Below, piece after piece: positions 37,339-46,308 of a stretch of DNA of 64,000 nucleotides. The notes beneath the pieces were generated by a model. It ran no database searches and was not told the origin of the DNA. It was given only the letters and a program-made list of their open reading frames with translations. Source of the DNA: Dehalococcoidia bacterium (lineage in GTDB: Bacteria > Chloroflexota > Dehalococcoidia > DSTF01 > JACRBR01); the NCBI GenBank assembly GCA_041494685.1, contig JBGQBE010000008.1, positions 21,241-85,240 of the forward strand, written 5' to 3'. Numbering within the stretch: position 1 is the first letter of the stretch; every line of letters begins with the position of its first letter. The translations under genes were made by a program, and so were the position numbers.

Positions 37339-39324
37339 ATGCCAGTGCCAGAGTCTCTGCCCTTACGTGCGACCGCCAAGCTCTACACGGAGCGGCTCGG
37401 GCGTGACCTTTACGCGCCCGCACAAGCCTTGGCCCAGCTCGTCGCGAACTCACTCGATGCCGACGCGCACCGAGTTCGCATAACTCTGGACGAAACAGAA
37501 CTCCAAACCGTTGAGCGGATCACGGTGGAAGACGACGGACAAGGTATTTCGCCGGAGCGGTTCGAGCGGCACTTCCTTGATGTCGGTGTGCATTACGAGG
37601 AGCAGACTGACGCAGCTCGCTCCTCCCGGGTGATGGGATCGAAAGGCATTGGGCGCCTCGCCTCGTTTAGGTTGGGCTACAGCTCCGTTTGGAGAAGTGT
37701 GTCGGAGGCGAACGGCAAGCGCGTACGTCTCACCTGGGCGATGACAACCGACAACCCATCGCCGCACGAGTTCGAACGGACCGATGACCCGCCACAAAGA
37801 AACGGCACGAGGATCGAGATCTATGTGCATCCGGCGGACCCGCAGCTTCATCGGTTCCTTAATGAACAGCTCATCCTCCGCGAACTGTTCAACACATTTG
37901 CCTCCCGCCTTCTTCAGGATGACAAGCAGCGAGAGATCACGGTCAACGGCCACGTCTTGGACCTAAAGAGTTTTGTCGACGAAGAGTCGATCGAGAATCT
38001 TCCTGCAGACGCCGAGGCCGACCGCCCGGCGGCGACCCTACATCATCTGGTCGTCACGAATCAGGTGAAGATGGACCACTCAGCGGTGATCTTCGTCGCG
38101 GGTGATAGGTGGACATACGAGACGCTCCCACTTCAAGGTCCGAGCCTCCCCAGTCGGCGCTACGTCGGTATTCTCGAGTCAGACTACGTGACAGCTCACT
38201 CGAGGACTGCAAAGAACGAGCTCGTGGAGGACCGGCGAATAGAGGCTTTGAAGTCTTTCGCGTCTGGCCGAGCGACCGATTTCATCCAGCATCGGCGCGC
38301 GGAGCGCCAACAAAGCTTCATTGAGCAAGCACGGAAAGAGCCCAGCTACCCGTTCAAAGCGCCGCCTCGCACGGCCGTAGAGAGAGTCGAACAGGGCATC
38401 TACGACCAAGTGCTGACGTTGATGAATGAGGTCGCGGATGTTGCGGGTGCACAACCCGCTATGCGCCAAATGCTGATGAGGCTCGCGAAGGCTGTCCTAC
38501 ATGCAGACGAAGATCTCGCCACAGTCATTGGAGAGGTGCTCGGACTAAATGAGCCTCAAGTTCAGGAGTTCGCCGACCTTCTGCGTCGCACTGATCTCCC
38601 ATCAATTATTCGAGTCGCGGGACTCGTAGTAGACCGCCTCGAGTTCTTGAAGGTTCTAGACGACGTGCTCTATGGCCGACCCGAACTTAAGGTCAGCGAG
38701 CGTCGACACCTTCAGAAGATGCTCGAACGGAACCCTTGGGTGTTCGGCGACGGCTGGCAGCTCACGACGGCTGATAAGAGCGTCGCAACGATAGTCGAAG
38801 CAGTGACCAAACGTTTAGGCCTTCAACCGGACGAAGATCCAGACGCGAGAACGGACGTCTCATCAGCCCTGCGCCTGATTCCGGACTTCTATCTCGTACA
38901 GAATCGCCAAGAGCGGGGGGTCGTCGATCACCTGGCGGTCGAGATAAAGGCGCCAGGCGTTCGCATTACTGATGCGCACATCCAAAAGTTAGAGAGGTAC
39001 GCCGAGGCGCTCGTAGAGCAGCCGGTATTCGGCCAAGGGCACCATCGATTCACGTTTGTTTTGACTTCCTCTGACGTCGTGGAACGGGTGGAGAGAATGC
39101 GGCTGGAGCAGACAAACCAACCTTATGGCTACATTTCAAGCCCTGGCCTCCGGCATCCTACGACCCTCTGGGCGTTTAGGTGGTCGAAGATCCTGGATGA
39201 CAGGCGCGCCGACCTCGAATACCTACAGCGTCAAATCGAACTCCGTGAAGACCCCGAAGCCACGCTTTACTTGCGTTCGAAGTTCCCGGAGCTGTTCGGA
39301 ACCACCCCGAACCCCGCGTCCTGA
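37339..39324 (+). CDS. GHKL (HATPase_c/MORC-like) ATPase fused to a Shedu/DUF4263-like PD-(D/E)xK nuclease domain
   Basis: N-terminus: LAQLVANSLDADA (N box), VEDDGQGIS (G1), GSKGIGRLA (G2). C-terminus: NPWVFGDGWQL...IPDFYLV...DHLAVEIKAPG...KLERYAEAL resembles the DUF4263 nuclease core. Confidence 0.65.
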   Translation: MPVPESLPLRATAKLYTERLGRDLYAPAQALAQLVANSLDADAHRVRITLDETELQTVERITVEDDGQGISPERFERHFLDVGVHYEEQTDAARSSRVMGSKGIGRLASFRLGYSSVWRSVSEANGKRVRLTWAMTTDNPSPHEFERTDDPPQRNGTRIEIYVHPADPQLHRFLNEQLILRELFNTFASRLLQDDKQREITVNGHVLDLKSFVDEESIENLPADAEADRPAATLHHLVVTNQVKMDHSAVIFVAGDRWTYETLPLQGPSLPSRRYVGILESDYVTAHSRTAKNELVEDRRIEALKSFASGRATDFIQHRRAERQQSFIEQARKEPSYPFKAPPRTAVERVEQGIYDQVLTLMNEVADVAGAQPAMRQMLMRLAKAVLHADEDLATVIGEVLGLNEPQVQEFADLLRRTDLPSIIRVAGLVVDRLEFLKVLDDVLYGRPELKVSERRHLQKMLERNPWVFGDGWQLTTADKSVATIVEAVTKRLGLQPDEDPDARTDVSSALRLIPDFYLVQNRQERGVVDHLAVEIKAPGVRITDAHIQKLERYAEALVEQPVFGQGHHRFTFVLTSSDVVERVERMRLEQTNQPYGYISSPGLRHPTTLWAFRWSKILDDRRADLEYLQRQIELREDPEATLYLRSKFPELFGTTPNPAS

Positions 39325-39368
39325 GCTAGGGGTTTGGCTTAGCCCAAGAGCTCCTCGTGCGACGACAG

Positions 39369-39388
39369 GTGAACAAAAAGTGAGCAAA
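39369..39388 (+). promoter_or_regulatory. Candidate integrase arm-type sites (GTGAACAAAAA GTGAGCAAA)
   Basis: Tandem 11-bp-spaced copies of the motif also found at 22246-22265. They lie about 55 bp inside the island from the tRNA 3' end. Confidence 0.5.
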
Positions 39389-39443
39389 TGCTAAGGCGTG
39401 CAACAATTGATGTCGCGGCTGCGAGCCACGTTAGATTCAGAAC

Positions 39444-39531
39444 TGGTGCCGAAGGTGGGATTCGAACCCACACGAGCGTTGCCGCCCAACGGTTTTTGAG
39501 ACCGTCGCGTCTGCCATTCCGCCACTTCGGC
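39444..39531 (-). tRNA. tRNA-Leu(CAA), class II with a long variable arm and encoded CCA
   Basis: The reverse strand reads GCCGAAGTGGCGGAATGGCAGACGCGACGGTCTCAAAAACCGTTGGGCGGCAACGCTCGTGTGGGTTCGAATCCCACCTTCGGCACCA. The acceptor stem pairs. Anticodon stem-loop ACGGT-CTCAAAA-ACCGT. T-loop GGTTCGAATCC. Confidence 0.9.
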
Positions 39532-39576
39532 CCGCTGGCACGCAGTGTAGCCGCTCGCGCGGCGCGCGGCGACACG
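39496..39576 (-). repeat. Direct repeat copy 1: tRNA-Leu 5' half plus about 45 nt of upstream promoter region
   Basis: 81 nt match 43365-43445 with 1 mismatch. Includes a TACACT -10-like box 12 nt upstream of tRNA position 1. Confidence 0.9.
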
Positions 39577-39729
39577 GTTTGCGGCGCACCACGGGCCCCG
39601 CGCGCCCGTGCCATACTCGGTCCGGCGCTTCCGCCTTGAGGCGATGCCTTGCCATGTGCGCGGCTGAACGGGAACGCCCCGGCTCACGGTTCGAGCGCGG
39701 GGCGTCTCTGTGCGCGGACGCACTCATCG

Positions 39730-40140
39730 CTAGTCGGCCGCCAAGAAGTCCTCTATCTCGTTGGTATTGAGAAACATTGAGAACCCGTAGTCCGAAGTGC
39801 GAACTAGCGAGCCGCCATTTGCGCCTTCGACAAACACGGGGACTGCCTTCTCGAACCGTTCCCTGGCCGGAGTACCGTTCATGTCCACGTAATGGACGAG
39901 ATGCTTCTTCGAGCCGTCGATGACTGAGGCGATCTCGTTCAGCAGATCATCATCGAGTCCGCTCGTTCCAATGATTAGATACTTGTGACAGTCCGCGACA
40001 AACGCTCGCATCGCGGCACGGTGATCATCGGGACACCGGAAGGTCTTTCCGCGCACAGGCGCTGTAAGCCACGGGTACGCCTTATAGCGCTCGTTGTTCA
40101 CGATCAGTTGCGTCTCGTCCGTGGTTTGATTGAACTCGAT
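39730..40140 (-). pseudogene. SIR2-like (SIR2_2) gene, C-terminal fragment separated by the IS insertion
   Basis: CHKYLIIGTSGLDDDLLNEI matches the SIR2_2 C-terminal GySlxDxdl motif. After in-silico removal of the IS and one TSD copy, the frame is continuous with 42586-43217 (344-aa product). Confidence 0.7.
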
Positions 40141-40194
40141 GGTAAGTATCCCTTCTCTGCCGAAAAGGAGTTACCATTGCAATCGCTTGGAAGG

Positions 40195-41031
40195 CTAGCG
40201 CCGGATATAGGGCTGCATCTGGCGGAGGATGTCCCGTACCTGCCGAATCGATCCGAGCATGAGGTGCCGGATCTCAATGAAATCAGGAGGTCGATTCCCG
40301 TCGGGGTGAGATACCTCGACATATACCATTGGGGTGGCGTGGAGCTGCACGCTCACTTCGGCGTCGCTGAGCGGCGGGGTGTGAGTGTCGGTAAATTCCA
40401 CGACTACTGCATCAGCTTGGACGAATCGGCCAGCGGGAGTGGCGTTCTGTTCCTCGTACCAGTCGCGCGTCTGGACGCTGACTTGCGTATTTCTAGCCCC
40501 AGTAGCGACAACAACGAGTTCCCTGTGCTTATCGCGGTTGTTCAGCCGCGAGATGATGCCGATCGGCTGCCCCTGCGGAACAGGCGATTCCCACGGCTGA
40601 AAACTTACGACGATTGCCTGTGCGTCGAAGCGAAGCCCGCTCAACGAATGGACGAAACTTTGCCGCGCTTTAGCGTCCGCCCCTTCAAGGAAGACATTCT
40701 TGTAGACGATGGGGAAAGATCGCTGTTCGCGCCGATTCGGGGCGCAGGCGGAGATCATGTGGTCGAGCGCGGAGCGCAGATCGAACAGGAAATCTCCGAG
40801 CATCGCAGCGATCATGGGATTGGGCTGCTCCGTCAATTCGAGTTTGTAACTCCAGACATTTCGCTTTCGTTTTCCGTGTGTGATCCTGACGGGGCGATAG
40901 GCGTGCTTCTCCGTGTAGCGCCGAATCTCGACTTCAATCTCTATCATGTGGCGTTGCGCCCGCTTGACCTTGAGCCACCAAGATTGAGGCATGAGGTAGA
41001 CTCCGATCATGAAGGACAAACAGTCCGACAA
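40195..41031 (-). CDS. IS passenger: hypothetical protein with HEPN-like motifs
   Basis: FLFDLRSALDHMISA (Rx4H) and ISRLNNRDKHRELV. The start is possibly ATG 40992 (MPQSWWLKVKRAQRH). No transposition function recognised. Confidence 0.5.
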   Translation of the reverse strand: MSDCLSFMIGVYLMPQSWWLKVKRAQRHMIEIEVEIRRYTEKHAYRPVRITHGKRKRNVWSYKLELTEQPNPMIAAMLGDFLFDLRSALDHMISACAPNRREQRSFPIVYKNVFLEGADAKARQSFVHSLSGLRFDAQAIVVSFQPWESPVPQGQPIGIISRLNNRDKHRELVVVATGARNTQVSVQTRDWYEEQNATPAGRFVQADAVVVEFTDTHTPPLSDAEVSVQLHATPMVYVEVSHPDGNRPPDFIEIRHLMLGSIRQVRDILRQMQPYIRR

Positions 41032-41176
41032 GACACAGACGACGCCGAAGGGCTACGAGATTCCGATCCCAAAGCGGACGGACTTCGACCGCCTCATCAA
41101 GAAGGCGGCCACGACGCCCGTTCCAGACTCAAAGAAGCCCCTACGGGGCCGGAGTCCGCGCCGCCCGAAGAAGTAG
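41009..41176 (+). CDS. IS passenger: small Lys-rich protein (55 aa), divergent from the HEPN-like gene
   Basis: Below the ORF-track size cutoff. MKDKQSDKTQTTPKGYEIPIPKRTDFDRLIKKAATTPVPDSKKPLRGRSPRRPKK has very high third-position GC. GAGG lies 12 nt upstream. Overlaps the transposase 3' end by 36 nt, convergently. Confidence 0.4.
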   Translation: MKDKQSDKTQTTPKGYEIPIPKRTDFDRLIKKAATTPVPDSKKPLRGRSPRRPKK

Positions 41177-42523
41177 CGTCTCAAACTGCGCCCGCTCGTC
41201 AGAGCGATGGTTGTACCGCCACGTGTACTCATTCAGGTAGCCCTGAAGATGCTTAGCAGACACGGCGTGGTACACCCCATCGATCCCGCGCTTCATGAGC
41301 GACCAGAACCCTTCGATGGTGTTCGTGTGCACGTCCCCGCTCACGTACACGTGCTCCGAATGGCTCACGCGGTCGTGGTGGTATCCGGCCTTCGCCAGCG
41401 GGTTGTACGACCGGAGTTCGTCGGTGTAGATGATCGACGCTGGAAGCACGCGCTCCTGGATGTGCGGCATGAGCGTCGCCTTCTTGACGTTCGGCACGGT
41501 CACGGCCATGACGTTGCCCTGGCGCTCGACCATGCCGAACACGGTGGCCTTGTTGGAGTCGGGACCGGGACGCCCGCGCCGACCGCCGCGCTTGATCGAG
41601 CGGCGCCCGCCGATGTACGTCTCGTCCATTTCGACCGTACCGCCCATCGGCTCGCCATCCGTCGTCATGAGGTACGTGCGGATGCGGTGCGCCATGCGCC
41701 ACGCGGTCTTGTAGGTCACGCCAAGCTCTCGCTCTAGTTGCTTTGCGGAAATGCCGCAACGAGTGCTGGTCATGAGGTACATGGCGTAGAACCACAGGTG
41801 CAGCGACGTAGACGACTTGTGGAAGATCGTCCCGGCGGTCGGATACAGGTACTCGCCGCAGTGCGTGCAGTTCCACGCTTGGCGCTGTTGCTTCGTCTCG
41901 TAACGCGCGAACATGCGCACCTCTTGGCACCGAGGGCACTGGGCGTTCGTGCCGTCCGGCGAGTAGCGGTTGCGCCAAAGCGACTGAAGGCACGACTCAT
42001 CGTCCGGGTACGCTCGCACGAACTCCATGAGGGAGAAAGTGGACTCGGAAGAGGCGGCGCGGGTCGGGTTCTTGCGGTTGACTGGTGGCATTTCAATTCT
42101 CCGAGGATCTTTGCTATGGACGATAACATCGAACGGCAGGGAGCTAACCGGACTGCCGTCCAGCGACAGGTGAATCCAGCCGAGGCCGCTCTCAATACCG
42201 GGGACGGGATCGATGGTGACCAGCATGGTTTGGTGGTGCAACCCGCCCCGACCATCGAAACGCAGTGGGTCATTCTTGAAATTTCCCATAGCGACGCCCG
42301 GCAACTCAAAGCGAGAGCCGAGGATGCGCGGCGTAGGCTCTGCTTGCATGTCCATGACCCAGATGGTTGCGTAGAAATCGATCGCGTAATGCCCGTCTGG
42401 ATACAGGTAGCAGTGGAGCTTGGGCATGACATTCTTCAACGCGGCGCGCCCCTCATCCGTGACGCCAGCCCACGTAGAAAGGATGGCAGTAATGAATCTG
42501 TTACCGGACGGATCTTGGTTCAT
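41141..42523 (-). CDS. IS1595-family (ISXO2-like) transposase with an N-terminal extension of about 175 aa
   Basis: FSLMEFVRAYPDDESCLQSLW...CPRCQE (zinc ribbon). DDE region: VEMDETYIGG...IIYTDELRSYN...NTIEGFWSLMKRGI. The residues before FSLMEF have no counterpart that I recognise in this family. Confidence 0.85.
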   Translation of the reverse strand: MNQDPSGNRFITAILSTWAGVTDEGRAALKNVMPKLHCYLYPDGHYAIDFYATIWVMDMQAEPTPRILGSRFELPGVAMGNFKNDPLRFDGRGGLHHQTMLVTIDPVPGIESGLGWIHLSLDGSPVSSLPFDVIVHSKDPRRIEMPPVNRKNPTRAASSESTFSLMEFVRAYPDDESCLQSLWRNRYSPDGTNAQCPRCQEVRMFARYETKQQRQAWNCTHCGEYLYPTAGTIFHKSSTSLHLWFYAMYLMTSTRCGISAKQLERELGVTYKTAWRMAHRIRTYLMTTDGEPMGGTVEMDETYIGGRRSIKRGGRRGRPGPDSNKATVFGMVERQGNVMAVTVPNVKKATLMPHIQERVLPASIIYTDELRSYNPLAKAGYHHDRVSHSEHVYVSGDVHTNTIEGFWSLMKRGIDGVYHAVSAKHLQGYLNEYTWRYNHRSDERAQFETLLLRAARTPAP

Positions 42524-42585
42524 CTGGAAGCCGACCTCAACGACATCATGCCATAGGCGGCTTCGGCAGTCAAGGGATACTTACC

Positions 42586-43217
42586 AACTCGATTACTTGA
42601 AGGTTCACGATATCCTCGGGCTCCGGCTCGTAACGGGACGCTGCCATTAGCCAAGGTTCGTTCTGGCTGGCGGGGATCGGCACGAGCCAACTTGTAGACC
42701 CATGCACCTTGATAACCTGTGCCGACGGATCCTGGGTGTATTGCGTCAAGTTCTTAAAGTGGAATCGGGAGGAGTCGTACGTCCTTAGCGCAACCTCAAG
42801 CATTGTGTCGTAGTTCAGCACTACAAACATGATCTCATGAGAGAGCGGGTCTAAGAGACGCGACACCAACCGAATGTAATTTGCTGGCGCTGGCACATAG
42901 GCTGTTGCGCAGAACACGAGCACGTCTCGAAGATAGCCCGGCACGTGCCGATAGTTCGCCAGCATCTGCGGGTTGGTGCTCTCCGCGTACCTTGTTAGCT
43001 GCTGCTCAAGATCAAAGGGATCGGGCTGCGTCGCCAATGCGCCCAGCTCCGATCCAACGACTGCGGCACCTGGGTACCTCTGTCGCTGCTGCCAGAACCG
43101 GGACTCGAAGAGTTCGCGGGCGAGCGGCGGTTGCGCCCGATCGTTTGTGATAGGTACCGAAGCGTTGTGCACGTCATACGATGCCCCGGCACCCAAGATC
43201 ACGACGGCGCGTTTCAT
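42586..43217 (-). pseudogene. SIR2-like (SIR2_2) gene, N-terminal fragment
   Basis: MKRAVVILGAGASYD...FVVLNYDTMLE...VIKVHGS follows the GAGxS / NYD / HGS motif order of SIR2_2. The reading frame runs into the IS right end. Confidence 0.7.
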
Positions 43218-43364
43218 ACCTTCACCGACGCCAGCCGTCTAACAGGCCGGCTGTGTCCCCGTGTCTTTCGACACTTCCGCCGCTCCGGATGAGACCCAAT
43301 TCAGATACCAAATTTGGCGCCAACGAGACCCGTTAGACCCCGACGATCCTCACGTGGCCTGATC

Positions 43365-43445
43365 TTGAGACCGTCGCGTCTGCCATTCCGCCACTTCGGC
43401 CCGCTGGCACGCAGTGTAGCCGCTCCCGCGGCGCGCGGCGACACG
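43365..43445 (-). repeat. Direct repeat copy 2: tRNA-Leu promoter plus 5' half, ending in the anticodon loop, with no 3' half
   Basis: Matches 39496-39576. It diverges immediately after CTCAA of the anticodon loop. Confidence 0.9.
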
Positions 43446-43933
43446 CCCTTGCGGCGCGCCACCGCCCGCGCGATATACTCGGCGCAGCGCATCCGCCACT
43501 TGCGAATCGCTCTGGAAAGCAGGGTATTGATGTCCGCGCACACGCCCACTGCCATGACGGCGATCATCGTCGCGCGTGCCGCCCTGCCCGTCCGCTAAGA
43601 CTCCCTCTCGGCATACGGTCCACGGCCACGGGCGCGGCGGCGCCTGTGGCCTTTTCGTCGGCTGCGATGCAGTGACGGTGGCGTGACGTTGTGCCCGATG
43701 CGGGCCGGCAGCTTTCGCCCGATCAGCGGCGCGGAACCGGCGCGATGCACGGCCACAGGACTCGATCCTGCGGCCGTTTCTTGTGTTTCGAACAGCAGCC
43801 CCCCGCAGTGAGCGGGGATGGAACAGGAGTAGCAACATGCGTACACCCCTTGCGACGACACGGTCCTTCGGCATCCAGGCGATGAGCGCGCGCGCCCGCG
43901 TGCGGACGCGCGCCCCGGAACGGAGAGACACCC

Positions 43934-44317
43934 GTGTCAAAGAGCTATCGCGGCCGCCAGCGAGAACGGCGGTTCGCGGGGAAGCGTGATGAATTTCGCT
44001 GCCGGCACTGCCGCACGTTCGTTGGGCCGCTGCCCTCGGGCGGGCGGTTCCGCAACCACTGCCCGAACTGCCTCTACTCGCGGCACGTCGACGGGCGCAC
44101 GCCCGGCGACCGCGCCAGCGACTGCGGCGCGTCGATGGCGCCCGCGGGCACGTTCCTGCTGCGCAACGGCGAGCACGTGCTGGTCCACCGCTGCGACGGC
44201 TGCGGCGTCGAGCGGCACAACCGCATCGCGGCGGACGACGACTTCGTGCTGGTGCTGCGGCTCCCCCGCGTCGACCGCCACGACGCGGCGGCGGAGGAGC
44301 GGGAGATGACGGCGTAG
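43934..44317 (+). CDS. RNHCP-domain zinc-ribbon protein
   Basis: FRCRHCRTFVGP...GRFRNHCPNCLYSRHVD...HRCDGCG. The RNHCP signature is present literally. Confidence 0.8.
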   Translation: MSKSYRGRQRERRFAGKRDEFRCRHCRTFVGPLPSGGRFRNHCPNCLYSRHVDGRTPGDRASDCGASMAPAGTFLLRNGEHVLVHRCDGCGVERHNRIAADDDFVLVLRLPRVDRHDAAAEEREMTA

Positions 44318-44481
44318 CGTCGGACCAGGCGCAGGGCGGGATGCGGGGAAGCCCGCGTCCCGCGCTGCGTGCCGTTCTGACAAGCTGACCGGCTGGCGAG
44401 CTCATCCAGTCCAGCTCTCCCGCCACCGATCATAACGATCCTACGCCGTCGCGAAGCGCGCCGGTACAATGACCGCGCACC

Positions 44482-45711
44482 ATGACCGATCTCCCGGCAC
44501 CTACGCTGCGCAAGACCGCGCTCTTCGACCTGCACGAGCGGCAGGGCGGCCGCATCGTGCCGTTCGCGGGATGGGCGATGCCGGTGCAGTACCGCGGCAT
44601 CGTCGACGAGCACAACGCGGTCCGGCAGCGCGCGGGCGTCTTCGACGTCTCGCACATGGGGCGGCTGTTCGTCGTGGGCGCGGACGCGGAGCGGCTGCTG
44701 CGCAGCGCCGTCACCTACAACGTCGCGAAGATCCGCGAGGGCCGCGGCCACTACACGCTGCTCTGCAACGACGCCGGCGGCATCATCGACGACCCGTACA
44801 TCTACCGCCTCGACAGCCAGCGCTTCCTCGTCGTGGGCAACGCGTCGAACGCGGACCGCGACACCGAGCGCGTGCGCTCGTTCGTCGCCGCCGGCATGGA
44901 CGCGGAGCTGCTGGACCGCCAGGAGCAGACGGTGATGCTGGCGGTCCAGGGGCCGGCGGCGAGCGGCCACATGGCGCGCGTCATCGGGCCGGAGGTGGCG
45001 GCGCTGGAGAAGCGCGCCTGCACCGAGCTGCCGTTCCTGCAGTACAAGCTGTTCGTCTCGCGCACGGGCTACACCGGCGAGGATGGCTTCGAGATCGTCA
45101 CCTCCATCGAGGCCGGCCGCGCGATCTGGCGGCAGCTGCTGGCCGAGGGCGTCGAGCCGTGCGGGCTGGGCGCGCGCGACACGCTGCGACTGGAGGCGGC
45201 GCTGCCGCTCTGGGGCCACGACATCGACGAGACGACGGACCCGTACGAAGCAGGCCTCGGCTGGGTCGTCAGCCTGGACGATGGCGCGGACTTCGCCGGC
45301 CGCGCCGCGCTGGAGCTGATCAAGGCGGCCGGCCCGTCACGCAAGCTCGCGCACGTGCAGGCGCTGGACCGAGGCGTCATCCGCGACGGTTGCCCGGTGC
45401 TGCGCGGCGGCGCGGCGATCGGCGCGGTCACGAGCGGCGGCTTCTCGCCGACGCTCGGCACGAGCATCGCGATGGCGTATCTGCCGCGCGACGCGGCGGC
45501 CATCGGCACGGAGCTGAGCGTGGACGTGCGCGGCCGGGCGATGCGGGTCGTGGTGGTGGGGCGGCCCTTCGTGCCGCCAGCAAACGGCAAACAGCAAACA
45601 GCAAAGGGCGCCGCTGGAACAGAGAACAGACGAGCGACGACAGACAACAGACAACAGGCGCCGACAGCAGACAACAGACAACAGACAACAGATGGTGGCG
45701 CAGGCGCGTAG
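44482..45711 (+). CDS. gcvT: Glycine cleavage system aminomethyltransferase GcvT with a repeat-encoded tail of about 45 aa
   Basis: TALFDLHERQGGRIVPFAGWAMPVQY...GVFDVSHMGR. The conserved body ends near VVVVGRPFVPP (about 45575). The remainder is encoded by heptamer repeats. Confidence 0.92.
   Translation: MTDLPAPTLRKTALFDLHERQGGRIVPFAGWAMPVQYRGIVDEHNAVRQRAGVFDVSHMGRLFVVGADAERLLRSAVTYNVAKIREGRGHYTLLCNDAGGIIDDPYIYRLDSQRFLVVGNASNADRDTERVRSFVAAGMDAELLDRQEQTVMLAVQGPAASGHMARVIGPEVAALEKRACTELPFLQYKLFVSRTGYTGEDGFEIVTSIEAGRAIWRQLLAEGVEPCGLGARDTLRLEAALPLWGHDIDETTDPYEAGLGWVVSLDDGADFAGRAALELIKAAGPSRKLAHVQALDRGVIRDGCPVLRGGAAIGAVTSGGFSPTLGTSIAMAYLPRDAAAIGTELSVDVRGRAMRVVVVGRPFVPPANGKQQTAKGAAGTENRRATTDNRQQAPTADNRQQTTDGGAGA
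45587..45695 (+). repeat. Heptanucleotide tandem repeats (GCAAACA, then CAGACAA)
   Basis: GCAAACA x2-3 at 45587-45607. CAGACAA at 45641, 45648, 45668, 45675 and 45682, with degenerate flanking units. Confidence 0.9.
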
Positions 45712-45747
45712 GGCGTCCAGCAGGAGAGAGTTTCGGAAAGGGAGCAG

Positions 45748-46137
45748 ATGGCAGCGAGCCCCGACGACCGGAAGTATTCGAAAGAGCACGAGTGGCTGAA
45801 GATCGATGGCGACGCCGCCACGATCGGCATCACGGACTACGCGCAGCACCAGCTGGGCGACGTCGTGTACGTCGATCTGCCGGAGCCGGGCGCCACGATC
45901 GCGCAGTTCGAGAAAATGGGCGAGATCGAGTCGGTGAAGGCGGTCAGCGATCTCTTCACGCCCGCTTCCGGCGAGGTGCTGGAGGTGAACCAGGCGGTCG
46001 TCGAGAAACCGGAAGTGGTGAACAGCGACCCGCACGGCGCGGGCTGGCTGCTCCGCGTGCGCCTCGCCGACGCTTCGGAGGCGGAGAAGCTGCTCTCGGC
46101 CGCGGAATACGACGCGTTCATCGCGCAGAGCTCGTAG
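45748..46137 (+). CDS. gcvH: Glycine cleavage system H protein
   Basis: YSKEHEWLKIDGDAATIGITDYAQ...GEIESVKAVSDL. The lipoyl-Lys motif ESVKA is present. Confidence 0.95.
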   Translation: MAASPDDRKYSKEHEWLKIDGDAATIGITDYAQHQLGDVVYVDLPEPGATIAQFEKMGEIESVKAVSDLFTPASGEVLEVNQAVVEKPEVVNSDPHGAGWLLRVRLADASEAEKLLSAAEYDAFIAQSS

Positions 46138-46151
46138 GCTGGCGGTGAGAA

Positions 46152-46246
46152 CAGACAACAGACAACAGATGCTGACGCACAACGAACGGCAAACAGCAAG
46201 CAAGCCGGCGCGCGGCCCCTTGCTGCTTGATGTTTGCTGTTTGCCG
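46152..46246 (+). repeat. CAGACAA heptamers followed by an imperfect inverted repeat built from GCAAACA-type units
   Basis: CAGACAA at 46152 and 46159. CGGCAAACAGCAAGCAAG...CTTGCTGCTTGATGTTTGCTGTTTGCCG can fold as a bulged hairpin. Confidence 0.8.
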
Positions 46247-46308
46247 TGGTCGCGCCGGAGGGAGCCGCATCATTGACGATCGAAGCACGCACCGCACAGG
46301 CACCCGCC

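Larger units (their letters stand above)
40141..42585 (-). mobile_element. IS1595-family element (2445 bp) carrying passenger genes, with 8-bp TSD AACTCGAT
   Basis: Terminal IRs GGTAAGTATCCCTTCTCTGCCGAA (40141) and its complement ending at 42585 match at 22 of 24 positions. Identical AACTCGAT at 40133-40140 and 42586-42593. Confidence 0.9.

Noticed and set aside
43301-43364. Third tRNA-like 3' half next to the duplicated 5' half
   Set aside because: The sequence after the CTCAA junction cannot form the anticodon stem, variable arm or T-arm. It is island DNA, not tRNA.
43446-43933. Possible ncRNA or riboswitch in the 0.5-kb gap before the RNHCP gene
   Set aside because: Only a short hairpin (CCCCGC-AGTGA-GCGGGG, about 43799-43815) was seen. 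I recognised no conserved riboswitch core and cannot support a call without covariance models.
44318-44481. Glycine riboswitch upstream of gcvT
   Set aside because: I looked for the conserved GGAGAG...CACCG...CTCTGGAGAG-type cores on the sense strand and did not find them. Only a TACAAT -10-like box at about 44465 is present. A covariance-model scan (Rfam RF00504) would be decisive.
44074-45219. 381-aa minus-strand ORF antisense to gcvT
   Set aside because: gcvT on the plus strand has unambiguous conserved motifs. The antisense ORF is a GC-rich shadow.
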